A DNA stretch of 63,995 nucleotides, the filler included, from Lenisia limosa (taxonomy: Eukaryota > Protista > Breviatea): NCBI GenBank assembly GCA_001655205.1. It is 11 parts of 11 records of this genome, joined end to end, with 100 filler letters (N's around TTAATTAATTAA, not from the genome) between each part and the next. Parts side by side here need not be neighbours in the genome. Positions count along the whole stretch, not along the records: positions 1 to 14,656 come from LPNZ01010725.1; 10 more parts are not named here. One strand, given 5' to 3'. Shown here in pieces: positions 1 to 14,318 of the stretch (within the stretch, counting starts at the first letter, position 1; the number at the start of each line of letters is the position of its first letter). The notes under the pieces were generated by a model. That model ran no database searches. It worked only from the letters and a program-made list of their open reading frames with translations, and was not told the DNA's origin. The position numbers were made by a program, and so were the translations under genes.

Positions 1-25
1 CCTCCAATGATTTATTGTGCTACAG

Positions 26-3000
26 GGTACCGCTCTCACGGCAGACACGGCTGTCACCGTCACGGCGGCGCCTCTAATGGTCTTCATCAAAGTAGGCTTT
101 ATATCTCCTTAGCCACAGTAATTACTTATTAGGGAGGTAACAGAGCTTCACCAACTGACACTCCTGTCAACTTCAAGGTTTGACCAAAATACCTAAAATA
201 TGAGTAATTCATGTAATACCTCATATTGTCGATTTCACGCACTTCAGGCCTGGGACAGCGGTCTTCTTGAGGCCAATTCTGGGACCCGCGACCCCGCATC
301 GTTCCGCTGGCAGTGCACGGTCGGAAGCGTGATGGAAGCCGACTGCACTGCCGCTCTCAGCTCTTTGGTCACCAACGGTGAGGGGGCGAAATACTTTATA
401 GTGCTCCAAATGACCAGTATTCTTGGTCTCATTTCCCTCAGAACGCGAACTTGTTATTCCTGCTGTCACCCTGCTCTCTGGGGAGTATCAATTCCAGGTA
501 AGCTGATCCTGCCAATACTTAGCTTCGTCAAAATTCTTCGGGTTTCTTTCCTCATCGTACTGCACTGATCAATTCGCAATTCGCTTCTGGCTCACATCTG
601 CAGGTCAACATAACCCGAGCCGTATCCGGCCGCTCTGTTGTTGGTGAAACCTTCATCAACCTCCTCGCTGGAACACCCCCTGCGGTGGGCTTCAATACCA
701 ACCCATTTATCATGCCGTCGTTGTGTTCCTTTCATGAGGACTGAATAGAAACCATTGCTAACTGCTGCAGGTGTGGATTGATGAAGCCCCGCCCGCAAAT
801 AAGCCAGCTACCAAGTACGCATGGGCTGTCATTGTTCAACCAGACCTCATCTCTTCACCCATTCAATATGGCTTACCTCTTAGACGTATGACAGTTGTCG
901 GGCATGTGGTTCTCCCTATTCATGCTGGAAGGTCTCAGGTAGGTTTTGCTGTGGTTCGGATTCTGTTCCTCTTTTATATTCATTATCAATTCTCCTGTTA
1001 CCTGGTTTGCACCTGACTGTTCAAGAGTGGAAAGCAAGCACTCCAGGCTGCGGGCGTATCAGTGCAGTGGTAGGCTTGGGGGCGTCAATGGGTGAAAGGA
1101 AGCCTAAGCCTTGAAGATGATTGTTTCATATGATTTTTTTTTACGTTCCATGACCTCCCCCTCTCCCTAGGACAATAGAACCCTCGGTTGCTCTCGAAGA
1201 CACCACCAGCCCAATCCTCGTCATCCCAGCCGACACACTCGATCCTGCTACGCTCTACACTTTCACCATGATGGTTGGGGAGGGAGGGGCTCTTTTCCAA
1301 TACTTTCTTCCCCTGACCTCCCAGGTAACCACCGTTGAGTTTGAGCTCACAGCCTCAACAACACGTACTACCGCCTCCCCCCCGGCTTATGGAACCTGCG
1401 AACTATATGGTCTGTGCACGTGATATGGGCTGAACTATGTGGTCTGTGCACGTGATATGGGCTGAACTATGTGGTCTGTGCACGTGATATGGGCTGACCT
1501 TAACCCCTCAGGTTCGGTTGCTTCAGCCGGACAGTCCGGCCTGGGAATGGAGTGCAGTGGATGGGAGGCTGAAAGCACTGACGCCATGCCACTCAAATAT
1601 AACGTATGCGGGGGGCAGGTCAATCACTGCTTTGAGAAGCCTTATGTTTTTGAGAAGCCTTATGTTGCAGTTCTACTACCTGGAAGGCCACAGAGTGTCG
1701 GTGTCTCTCGATGACGTCAGGAAGTCCGCAAAGCCCCTTAGCGCCCCTTCCACGCGTATGCCACACCATCTTGAATCTTTGGCTTTTTTGAAACACAATT
1801 ACCCAATTTCCCTCTAAATCTTTGAACCTATGTACATGTACATACATTATCTACATTACTTACACTGTAGTGGCTTCGGCTGACTTGGTGCTTCCTGCAG
1901 GAAAACTCACTCTTGTCGGAATTGTGCGGTGCGGGGGGGGGGGGGCATNNNNNNNNNNNNNNNNNNNNNNNNNNNNNNNNNNNNNNNNNNNNNNNNNNNN
2001 NNNNNNNNNNNNNNNNNNNNNNNNNNNNNNNNNNNNNNNNNNNNNNNNNNNNNNNNNNNNNNNNATAAAAGAACCTGTCTTGCTCTTTGAAGACAACCCC
2101 CCTCGTATCTCATGTTCTAGTGATAAGTTACACGCAATGTCACTTTCGTTCAAAACCGTTGAGGTGGGCCCATGATGGAGAGTCTGTCTCTCATCTCAAC
2201 CTTTCTACACAGCCTAATAACAGGACATATTCAAGCTTGTGTGTACAGGCTGACCCCCCAGGTCCCAGCCATCACCACCAGCGACATGACGGCAATATCC
2301 GACTCAGTGGCCGGCGCGGTGGAGTCTGGTAACGTTGACGCTGCTCTACAGGTTGGCTAACCAAAGCCATTGAAAGATATTGTGTAACAATACCAAGCTA
2401 ATCGGCTGCAGATGACGGCGGCACTCAGCGAGGCCATGACGGATGATAGTGACTCCGACGCCCTCCGTGATAGCCTTGTTGCCCAGGTCAGTGCGTTGTC
2501 AACCTGGTGCTTTGTACGTAACCCTCACCCCGCAGGTTGCCGCTCTGTCCACGGAGAGTACTCTGTCGTCAACTGCCGACGTGACCCGAGCCATCCAAGC
2601 TNNNNNNNNNNNNNNNNNNNNNNNNNNNNNNNNNNNNNNNNNNNNNNNNNNNNNNNNNNNNNNNNNNNNNNNNNNNTTTTGGACTTGACTGTTGTTTCGA
2701 CTTGACTGTTGTTTTCGACTGGGTCTTCTCAGCGTCTTACCCCCCTCAGGACAAGCTGGTAAACGTCTTGCCAAAGCCACGAAGAAGAAGGCACTTGAGG
2801 TGGGCATTGCGTTGCTATCGTTTATTTAACCAAAGAATTGACCACACTTTCAACACTCATTTGCAATCACCCTTCAGGCCCTGGCCACTTCACTATCTGT
2901 GGGATCCGAANNNNNNNNNNNNNNNNNNNNNNNNNNNNNNNNNNNNNNNNNNNNNNNNNNNNNNNNNNNNNNNNNNNNNNNNNNNNNNNNNNNNNNNNNN

Positions 3001-6000
3001 NNNNNNNNNNNNNNNNNNNNNNNNNNNNNNNNNNNNNNNNNNNNNNNNNNNNNNNNNNNNNNNNNNNNNNNNNNNNNNNNNCAATCCATTACGTCCATGC
3101 TCCCTGATGCCGATGACAGTGACGGTGGGGGTGGGGCGGTATTGACATCCTAAAAACAATTTACATAGAGTGGAAGAATATCAAGAAGTATCTCTCAAGA
3201 ATCCTACTTTGAGATGGGATGTGAAGCCTTTAAGGAAACCAAGAGAAATAGAGAACGAAAAAAAATACTTGATTAATTTCTTCGGAGTTATACAATGACC
3301 TTTCAGCCACGGAAGATGCGGACTTCTCACAGTCAATGCACGGAGGCTTAGAGTCTCTTTCGGCGGCCCTGGCCGTGGGAGCAACCTGTGGAGGTGGGCA
3401 TGATCTGGATTATGGTTGATCGATTGGCACACACAAGGCATGAGGTTCAACCTTGTGTTCGTCACAATTTGATGCCCACGTTTGTATAACACTTCAGCTG
3501 CTGCGTCAACATCCACCTCAGGCTCCACCGAAATGTCTTGTCAGAGACAGACCCTTGATGCCGTGGGTGGCTGAAGCTTTGCATAGGGCTGGCAAATCGG
3601 TCATTTATATGATGTACATGGAACTTGACACCACTCACTTTTTAGCTGGAAGGCGGTAGTGGAGCATTCACACTTCCCGCTATTGACAGTCGGGGGGGGG
3701 GGCATACCTACTTTCCTAAAACTCTCATCCTATTTTGACTGCATGCCCTTGGACGGTGTCGTTTGTTCACCTTGCAGGCCTAACTGGCGGTGACGATGGC
3801 TGCGTCAACATGCAGAAATGGGCTACTGAAACTGCGGTGTTGCAATGTAGGTATTCCTGTTCTGTTTAACTCCAAAAAGGTATCAGCTTCCCCCATTCTG
3901 TTTTCGTTCGATGTCTGTTTTGCTTCACCTCCCCCCCCAGCCTCCAACTTGCCGATCTCGTCAGGGTGGCAGTCTTTGTCCCTTTCAGAGGCGGTCAGCG
4001 GCCTCCCGGAGAGCGCGGGTATCGAAATCACTTTCACGTGGGAAGACAGGCCACTTCGATTGCTCATGTTCCCCTTCACGCATTAACATTCATGTTTATC
4101 TCTTTGCTTGAATAACCCAACCCTCCAGCCACGCGAAACTCCCTGACACACTTGAGAGCAGGGAGTGTCTCTGGTTCGATCCTGTTGTAGGCAACTACAG
4201 CACGTCCGGCTGCAAACCCATCTCCGCTACTGAAACATCGACAACATGCTCTGTGCGGGGGGAGGGTGCCAAATATCGACATTGCCGCGCATGGGAATTG
4301 GTTTCGGAGAATCTACCTTCTTATTCCTTACCCTCTCTTCTTACCCCCCAGTGCACACATCTCACGACCTTCACGCTGTCTTCTGAGGATCCGAAAGACG
4401 ACGTCCCGTCCGTCAACACCGTTGATGTAACCGATGTGGAGAGTCTCGGCGAAATCCAAGTGGGGGGTGTTGTAATACTCGATGTGCCCGTTTTTCCACC
4501 TATCAAACCACGATTGCTGCTTTCTAACCGACTGTAGGACTTCACAACGTTGGCAATAGTGTGTGTGTCCTGGATGGTCTTCCTTCTGCTCGTACCGATC
4601 GCCTGCAAGAGTGACACGAAGCACAACAACCTCTTCTACCTCCTCAGAATGGAGTTCAAGGTTTGTATGTCTATCTATCGAACTGTTCCCTGGTGCCTTT
4701 AACCTCTACTTCGGTTTTCTCACCCAGTCAGAGTTCGAATCTCAACAGCAGCAGTGGTTTTGTGAGACAAGGTTTGTGGATATCAGTCGAGTCCCTTCGG
4801 ATGAAGTGAATCCACAATTGTGTACGCTATTAGCATTTTACTCATCAGGAACACGAGAATTGGGAGAGATCCAGAAGCCCCCCAAGAGGAACCAAATCGC
4901 TCCGGCAAAGTCAAACAAATACCTGGTGGGTCTTTTGGGTCTATTCCTTTGTCTTAAGATGCGCCAGGATTTGATTGGCATTATAGCACTATTTCCATCG
5001 GTCTCACTCTTCAGACACCGGTGGATGTTGAGGAGGAAGCACCTAACAAGGGAACTCCTACTGTATGCTGGACCAGGGCTTTCTGAATCGGTTTTTGTTT
5101 TCTGTTCTTTGTTGGGGAGGAGGAGTGTTTGCTTTTGTTACTATTCCACCATCCCTTCAATCGCTTTACACCAAAGCACTCCTCAATGGGTGCACGTATC
5201 AAAAACCGCATGAAATTCCGGCACGGGTGGATTAGTGTTGCGTTCAGGGAAAAAGAGTCGTCCTTCACCAAGGTCCAGGTAAGCATTGCGACTTTTATGA
5301 TGCTACTTCCTGAACAAATCAATGACCTCCTTCCTGAACAAATCAATGACCTCCCTCCAGCGTCTAATCCTGCTCCTGCTGACGATCCAACTCACCCTCG
5401 TTGCCAATGCTATGGTTTATGATGACGACAACAGCCTCGGCGAGTACAATTTAACCAACGCCATCATCACTGGTTTGGAGAAGTTATCCGGCTCATTTCT
5501 TGTGGTTTTAAATGTGGTGGCCAATTAAAACAACTATAAAACCCCTTTTTGACCTCTTACAGGTGTCTTTATGTCTTTAATCGTTGCTCCTCTTCCGCTA
5601 CTCCTGTCCTTCCTTTGCAAGAGAGTTTGGGGGTTAATTTCTCTCTTGAAAACGTTTCAGTCCTCTCCAGAAGGCACAATGGTAACCTTTCCAGTCCCTT
5701 CCCGCCAACATCAGCCTTGCTGAGATGAACTGCCTGATCAGTTACCTCTACCCCGGAAGGAAGATCACAAAGGTTGGTGTCTGTGTCCTGTACACTAACT
5801 GATACTCTAGCGTCTCCCTTCAGCGGTTGGAACCCTTGCTGTTTGGCTTGCCTTCTTCGGATCCGTGTTCGCGTCTTATGTCACTGTATGCTGCTAACAT
5901 GACTGGGGGAAGAGTATGTACTGTGTTCCAAATATGCTTTGTTTTACTGAATGTGTATTAGTTGATTTTTTTTTTTCCACTCCACATCTGATACATTTAC

Positions 6001-6497
6001 ATTCTTGTTCTCAAAAAATTGTTTTAGTCCTGATATTCCAGGTTCTTTACGGTATTTCGTTCCCCGAGGCAGTTGTGAAGGGGTATGTGGGGTGTTGTTT
6101 GGAGGAATTAGTGAAGACCTTTCATTTCCTGCATTCTGCGTTGTAGCCTCACACCTTCAGATGGCTGGTGTCTACGGGCATTTCGATCCTGCAATCAATT
6201 GTCATTAGTATGCAAGCTAAGATTTTGTGATTGTTGCTTGCTTTTGTTATGAGATGGCTTGATTGACTGCGTTATGAGATGGCTTGATCGATTAACGTTC
6301 AGACGAGCCGCTGCAAATTGTGTTTGCCCTCGTGATCTCAGCAATCTTCGGAGACGTTGTGTCCCAGGTAGGACCTCTATTTCTCTGTTTTGTCATCGGT
6401 ATTTTGGTCAAATATTTGATGACGGTTTAGAACCTCCTCCTTCTGGTTGTGCATTTGCCTCACCGTTTAGATTGCGTCTGCCTTCGCCTTGGCGTAA
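26..6497 (+). CDS. Polycystin-1/PKDREJ-like membrane protein (REJ + GPS + 5 TM), multi-exon, 5'-truncated
   Basis: Spliced exons give REJ-type motifs (DPASFRWQC at ~290-325; PPAYGTC...CSGWEAESTDAMPLKY at ~1380-1605). A complete GPS motif follows: ECLWFDPVVGNYSTSGCKPISATETSTTCS|CTHLTTF (4129-4253, 4352 on). Then TM1 (LAIVCVSWMVFLLLVPIAC), the PKD1-like motif HGWISVAFREKESSFTKVQRLILLL...NAMVY, and LYGISF...WLVSTGISILQSIV. Stop TAA at 6495-6497. Confidence 0.85.
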
Positions 6498-7216
6498 TCA
6501 TATGTCCCATGATTTGTATTTTTGATATATTTTTTTTGATTAGTAATGGGAGTGCATTAACGACATGCTACAGCCTTAGCAAGATGAGTATACATGTATA
6601 TCTTACATTAATGAGCATATGTGCCCGATTCTCTGATTGTGATGAATTGAAATGAATGAATTGATAAATTTATTGATTTTTGAAATCTGAATCTGTGAAT
6701 TAGATGCATGCATTATGCATGAAGCTTTAGAAACAACTATTACGACGCCACCAAAGAGACAGCCTGCGGTGCCGGACTTGTGTTGTTTTTGGTTTCATCA
6801 GATTATGAGGTAGTAAGTTGTAGAATGTTATTATAGTGTTATAGCAGCGTGGTTATCTGGTGGTTATAGCTGCCTCTGTAGCACTGTAGCAGCGCTGTTT
6901 GTTTGAGACAACTGACCTGCATAATTTAGTGAATGACAGGGACCAAAGTGAGTTGTTTGTTTATTACCTGATTTTGAACCGACCCAACTACTTACTTATA
7001 CTGTTTTGTCAATCGAACAAGATAGTGGCTGATCATTTTTTTCTACAACACTATCTCCATGCTCTCTCTCATAATATATGAGCTTCAATTCCTCCCCCTC
7101 CACATCCTCACCGTTTCCGACAGAAGCCGATTCGATCATTCAGTGATATGCCCACTTCTGCTCGCACAACTTCTTTCTTAAATTGGGCTGTTTCTTCTTA
7201 TTCTCTAGAAGGGAGA

Positions 7217-10200
7217 ATGACACTGTCTGTTTTGCTGACCCTTTTTGTGTATTTTCTGTTCAGTGCAGCAGTCAGGTAAGACTCTTCACCTTTTTTGGAC
7301 CATCAACTATTGAATATTTTGATTGTGTTTGAATTTAATTACGTATGTACTCCTTTGGAGGCGCTCTTAATTGGCTTAGAGTTTCGATTGTAGGACAGCC
7401 CCATAGTGACCTTATCGCATCTTCATCCAATGTAATTCAGGAGGTATGATCAAAGTTCCAATGTCACGTACCTCATATTACAGATTGATGAGCTCTCGCT
7501 AGAGGGCTTGACCATTTTTTCAGAGGCCAAGGTGGGACTTTTGAAATCATTCTACCCCCTGCCCATTGCTTTTCTTCTACTATCCAGTAGTAATATCATC
7601 ACCATTTGGTATTTTACTAAAACTAAATAATCACCCATCTCACAATCGCAGAAGTCCATCGATGCCCTCACTGCGGGTTTGCTCTTGATAGTGGTAAATG
7701 TTATATTACGATATGCTAAAGAAGTTTCCAATTGCAATCAGACATCTTATTGAAAATGAATCGGGGGTTTTTTTAATACCCTCCCACTCACCCCTCCCCT
7801 CAGATCACTCACCCCTCCCCTCAGATCATCTCTGTGAGCTATTGGGTCCCGTCACAGACCCGGCGGTGTCGATATTCATCAACGAGCTGGCAATGATAGG
7901 CAAAACATTTTCGGCGAATGTCTCGTTGGAGGTATGCGCTCCTCTTATAAAGTTTGGTTTCTTTTATTGAAAATACTTCCACATCTGTTTTGTTGCTTCC
8001 TGGGGACCAATCTGTTAGATACCACAACCAATTTGTTTTCATCATGACCTCACAGGGGGACTGCACCCCCATGGACTTGCCTTTCCTATCCCGAATCATG
8101 ACGTGTGATAGCAATGCTGGATGGAGTGATAACGCCAAATGTGCACCAAGTACGCTGTGCTAATATAATCAATGATATTGTGATACAACGTGGGCTTGTG
8201 GCTGATTTCCTTCTCATTGACCTGTTAGACTGTGTCAAATGTATTGACGAGCCGGACTATCGGAAGGAAAAGTGTGATAGCACTCATTCCGACGTTTGTG
8301 CCAAATGCGTCGACGTCAACCGCCACAACCGGGCTGGGCATTACTGTGGCCTTTGCTTGGTGAGTTTCGTGTTTCTCCCTAGAACTATAGGTGGATTTGT
8401 ATACTAGCTTCTATATTTTGTTTTCTCCGCTGGCATTACCAAGCTCAAGCTCACTGTGTAGCCTACATACTGGCACACCTACAACGACAACGACAAAGTG
8501 GACAAGTGTCATTGTGAGGGGTAATATTGTACTTCAGCAAATACACTGTTCAAAACACGTATTACACATATGATAGTTCACGAGTTTGACCGAGCCTTCA
8601 CGGTTTACACAAGTATTACTTATGGACTGCAATCATGAACTCACAGCAGCGCTATAGTAACTCCCTTCAGCTTGTGATCTTTGCGAAAAGGATGCAGAGT
8701 ACCTGCACACCCCATGCAGCGAGAAGTTAAACACTGTCTGTCACGCTTGTTCGTCCGTTTTCCGCGAGAACCTTTCGGGTAACAAATGTGGAGCGTGTAT
8801 GAATCTCTATTTCCACCCCACTGACAACGTCTCCAATCAAATCTCGACTTGCTTAGGTAAGTCAAAAGATGCCATCCATGGCTGACATGGCTGACTTGAT
8901 CTGTGTCCATTGACCCTCCAGCATGCGATAAATGTGACCAGGCTAGTCAATACCTGCACACAATTTGCTCAAACTCTGAGGAATCCATTTGCGCCACATG
9001 TTTATCCCTCAGTATGAGTCTCCAATAGAGCTACTAAGACATTATAGTGTCTTATTTATAAATCTTGACCCTTTTAATAAATCCTCTCTTCCGTCATGTT
9101 CATTTAGATCGCTTGAACCTGGGTGGCCCAAATTGTGGTGCTTGTAAGGATACCTTCTTCGAAGTAACCGAGGGATATGGCCCCTCTAAACTGCCCTGTT
9201 TTGGTAAGCTCTTCTGATAACCAAACACTAGGCTACCCCATTCAAATAAAACTTGCCATCTAACACCCATCCCCCTAGGCTGTACCCTTTGCTCTCTTTC
9301 GGACTTTGTTGCAACTGGGTGCGAACGAGTATGTTCGGATTATAGGAACTTTATCATGTCTTTATACAGATGATGCGTTTTTACTTTGTTGTCTGCTGTG
9401 TGTATGTACACCTGTCGCAAGAAACATCATGACACTGTAGAACTCGGACACAGTGTGTCAGACGTGTGCCTCGGTGCTTCGGGACAATGGTTCAGGTTCG
9501 CTTCGGGAACCGTTGATTTGCATCATATGTCCATTATCTCTTTAGGAATTGTTTGTAGCACTTGCCAAGATAACCATTTCCACACCACGTCAGGCAATAC
9601 GAACAGTAACGACCTCTGTACTGGTATAAGGTGTTTTAGCTTTCATATGCTTTACTACTGTTCCAAAAAACTGTGTTTATTGATAATTCCTCAAAGAAAA
9701 GGAATTTTGGGACTGATATGAAGAACTATTCATTTCACCAGACTTTCTTTCACCCCTTTATTCTGTTGTTCGTAATACTGATATTGAGAATTAATGTGGA
9801 AAAGGAGCTATTCATAACTACAAAGCGATTTCTTTTGAATTAACGGCACTCCCCCAATGCAGTTTGTACATCACAGTGCGTTGATTCCAAGTATTTGACA
9901 GCTCCCTGCACGAAGACATCCGACATTTCGTGTAGTGATTGCTCACTACTCAATCGTGGCAACATTGCTGGTTTGTGAACCTGTCCTCACTTCTGCTCAT
10001 AGATATAATAGTAGTTAGTGATAGCAATAATTTTTTTCAAAATTCCTCAATACCTATTGCTTCCTTATTCCAGATGTTTGCTGCTTTACGCCAACAGGTA
10101 ACCTGTGTAACTCATGCTTGCCTGCTTTTTGGCGCACAGCTGACGGAAACATTCACAGTAACACTCAATGTGCGGGTATGATTGGCTGAAGAGTATATAT

Positions 10201-13200
10201 TTCACGCAAAAGACACATTTCATGGTATTTGCTCTAACAGATGAGACCTTTCAAGAAGTTAACAACCAGGATGTACTGTTTGCCCCAATACAAAGTTCCG
10301 CCAGACACCTTGTTCCAATATTGCAGACACTGTGGGGAGGAGACATTCGCAGTTTTTCATTACTGGGGTGTATGCTTCTCACTGCCTTCACCCCCAGGTC
10401 TGCACGCTGTGTTCAGTCCTAAACCGGGACAGCGGCATTGATGGTATCAAATGCGGTCACTGTTCGAACCTGCACTTCCATATTGGCGATGGTGACGATT
10501 ACGCTGTCACCGGATGCTCTGGTGAGTTTGCATCTCAGTTGGGGTTTGGGGTTGGGGTTGAGAGTGCTTACTAATGTCTTCAGAGTGTCTCCAATGCCCA
10601 GACGCCCAGTTCGTTTTTGAAGCGTGTACCAAGGTTAGCCTTCTCNNNNNNNNNNNNNNNNNNNNNNNNNNNNNNNNNNNNNNNNNNNNNNNNNNNNNNN
10701 NNNNNNNNNNNNNNNNNNNNNNNNNNNNNNNNNNNNNNNNNNNNNNGAGGAGCAATACTGTATGCCACACTTGCTTGTCGAAGAACCGGAAAGGCAACAA
10801 TGGTATCAACTGCGGCACTTGTGCTACTGGCCACTTCAACGTCAATACGGGAGCACTCAGTTCAAACGACCTTTGTGCAGGTAATGAGTGGGATGCGTTC
10901 ATTGTCAACAGCGAAGGAAGTTGTTTTCAATAAATTGTTTATCATATTGATACCTAAATGTGAGTAATTAATATGAACCATATGTAATATAGAATAGTTT
11001 ATATTTTGTCATTATTTATTGCCCATTCTCACCCGCATTAGCCTGCCTTTCAACTTGTGGCAACTCGGAGTATATGAGTCAACAGTGTGGAGTAGACAGG
11101 AACGCCAAATGCACCGCGTGTACAACCCTCAACCGAGGTGACGCTGCAGGTATCAAGGGCTTCCTTCTCCCCTTCTTCCCCAGTTATCACTTAGAACCTC
11201 ATTGAGATCTGTCCACCCCAATCATTATTAAACGAATGAGAAATATGAAAATAGTTTGTACATCGCTTAGCCCCTTAAGGGTATTTTTTAAGAAAAAATT
11301 TAAGATTCAAAAAAATACTTCGGGGAAAATAATGATAGAATTTTTTTTGTTTTCAAGCCCTGTACGTGGTATCCCTGTTGACACATCTGTCTGACCATTT
11401 AAACAGTCATCATTTTAGGAAACATGTGTTCGGCTTGCAACGTTGGATATTGGCATGCCTCTGACGGTGCCGGTAACAGTAACACAAAATGCAACCGTGG
11501 GGGAGATGATTAACTGTCTTGATTTTGCTTGATTTGAAGGAACTGGACGATGGGGGTACTATTTAGGCGAACTGAAAGTATATTGATATTGGTATTAGGC
11601 GAACTGAAAGTATATTGATATTGGTATTGAGGGGTATTTGGATATTTGAACTCTATGACGTTCACAAAGCAGAGTGCTCAACATGTACCAATCAGCAGTT
11701 TGTGTCGCAGGCTTGCGACACTTTCCTTAGCAACACTGTCTGCACCAGTTGCATCAGCAGGAAGAGGTCTGATCAAGCTATCATTTTGCTGCCTTTATTC
11801 ATAACGTCTAATAAAGATATGCTTCACTTTGATATTATCGAGTTGTCTGTAACTATTCGCAGGATGGGGTCAGATGGAGTCCTCTGCGGCGAATGTGTCA
11901 GTAACCACTACGAGCCGACAGACGGACATCTTGATGGCGTGTCACAGTGTATCAGTGAGCCCAGATACGGGGGTCGAGTAGTGTCGCAATTTTGGTCGCT
12001 TTGCTAAGTTAATGGTTTCTAGAATGCCGTGGATGCTCCACCTCCGAGTATCGAGTCAGCGATTGCGCCAGTAACGTCAACAGAGTTTGTGCCTCGTGCC
12101 TATCGCTCCATCGAGGTGCGCACAACTGTTCCTCTCCTCATTTCTCATCTCGTTTGTGACAATGCAGGCAACGGCAATACCTTAACCTGTACTGCGTGCC
12201 TCCCGGGCTACTTTCGTCCTGGTGACGGTAGCTACCTTCACGCAACTACACTCTGTAATAGTGAGGGCCTGAATGAGAATAGTCCTTTTCTTACGTTTCC
12301 GTACGATCCAAAACAACGGGAATATTAACTGATCGTAGCTTGTACGAAATGCTCAGCCAGCCAATATGTCAGTACCGCCTGCAGCTACCTCACTGACACG
12401 TCATGCGGCAGTTGCAGCGACTTCAAAAGAGGCAACAACGACGGGGTCATGTGCGGCGTCTGTGCAGATGGCTACTTCAACGTCCTCAGGGGAACTGAAA
12501 ATGTCAACGAAGATTGTCAAGGTTTGGAGTCGTCGTGTGAGGATATCCCAGGAAGCCTTGAAAACCCCTCCTCCACTGTACATGACAGACGAGTGGAGAA
12601 CTGTCTTTGATTGTTTTGACTTTCCAGGATGCTCTGCTGCCTGCACTGAAGGGCAGTACGAGGCAACTGAGTGCACGTTTGAGGGTTCGATATACCACAG
12701 GCATAAAAACCAGGGAACTTGATTGATTGTTTTTGCTTTTTGTAACCTAGGGGGGGGGGGGTCCCCTCGAATCCTGAATCTGCGATGTGGAGTTTTTATC
12801 TGTTGACTGTCCAGGCCTGGTACTGACCGGATATGTGGCATTTGTAGCTCGATAAATCGCGAGGACGGAGACTTGAAGGACTGTGGAGCATGCAAACCAG
12901 GCTACTTCAACAGCGACGATGGCGGAGGAAACGGCAAAGGGACTTGTTATCGTATGCCATTGATGTTGCTTTTTGGTGTAGCTCTAAATTGGTATTAGAT
13001 TTCTTCACCCTTCCCATTTTGCCTGAAACAGTCTGGAACATTTCGTCTGAAACATTTCGTCTGAAACATTGTTGATTTCACCACCTAGCATGCCCAGCAG
13101 CATGCCCGAGCACCCAGTACCAAATGGTGTGTTAACGTAATCCTTTGGCGGCTGTTTGGCCTGAAAAACAGCTTATTTGATTACTCAGGTCACCTGTGGT

Positions 13201-14318
13201 GGCGGCAATCCTCTGCTATGTGAGAACTGCGCTGTGATTAATCGATTTTCCTACGACGGAATCAGATGCGAGGCCTGCTTAGATGGTTATTTTGAAACGG
13301 CATCTGGAAACAGTAGAGCGATTGATCCTTGCCAAGGTATGTCAAACCCTTGAGAACAATGGACGAGTAAGGGATATTAATAAGTCTACATTTCTGTTGA
13401 AGAATCTAAAGTATTATGATATAATATGAAGCGGATCGCTACCCCCCTTTCACTACTCACCCTCCCACTCCTAGAATGCACATCGTGTAATACTGGTGCG
13501 TATATTGCTAACGCATGTACCAAGACAGAAGATGCAATGTGCGGAGTGTGTTCCGGCCTCAGTAGAACTGGCTATAACGGTAAGATTATAGTAAAGGAGC
13601 AAGGAAACGCCCTTGATTGTTGTAGCACCAGAAGTACGATATTGCTGTTTTGTTGTTGTTAAATAGGGAAAGAGGGCATTATTCAGATTTGGAGTGTAAT
13701 TGTGTTCTCTTTTTGTAGCTTTTCCTTTAGTAATACATAATTATTGATGCACCATGATTNNNNNNNNNNNNNNNNNNNNNNNNNNNNNNNNNNNNNNNNN
13801 NNNNNNNNNNNNNNNNNNNNNNNNNNNNNNNNNNNNNNNNNNNNNNNNNNNNNNNNNNNNNNNNNNNNNNNNNNNNNNNNNNNNNNNNNNNNNNNNNNNN
13901 NNNNNNNNNNNNNNNNNNNNNNNNNNNNNNNNNNNNNNNNNNNNNNNNNNNNNNNNNNNNNNNNNNNNNNNNNNNNNNNNNNNNNNNNNNNNNNNNNNNN
14001 NNNNNNNNNNNNNNNNNNNNNNNNNNNNNNNNNNAACTTACCGTCCCAGCATGTTCTATTGCATCCTTCACAACCTATTCTAACAGCCCTTGCCCCCCAA
14101 CTTCGGACACTGTGCTCTTGCCTTGTATTGGTGGGTATCCTCTCGGTGTAATTGTTTTCGAGGAACTATTTGTTGTATACCTTCGTGTGAACAGGAATGC
14201 GCAAATCCTTATTTTTTTAGCACTCAACCGTGAAGGCAAAGACGGTGACATGTGTGGGGCATGCCAACATGGATATAGCCACCCCACACAGGAGACCTCG
14301 GGCAAAACAGCCTGCATG
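7217..14318 (+). CDS. Secreted or surface protein with >=13 tandem ~60-aa Cys-rich (TNFR/furin-like) modules; 3' end uncertain
   Basis: Signal-peptide-like MTLSVLLTLFVYFLFSAAV from ATG 7217. Repeated exons such as ACTKCSASQYVSTACSYLTDTSCGSCSDFKRGNNDGVMCGVCADGYFNVLRGTENVNEDCQ (12339-12521) recur with canonical splice sites from ~8228 to 14318. Confidence 0.85.

Noticed and set aside
4563-5213. 216-aa ORF as an independent gene
   Set aside because: It is read-through across several exons and introns of the polycystin-like gene.
7217-14318. True TNF-receptor orthologue
   Set aside because: No TM or death domain is visible, and the module is longer with a different second half; the similarity is only in Cys spacing.
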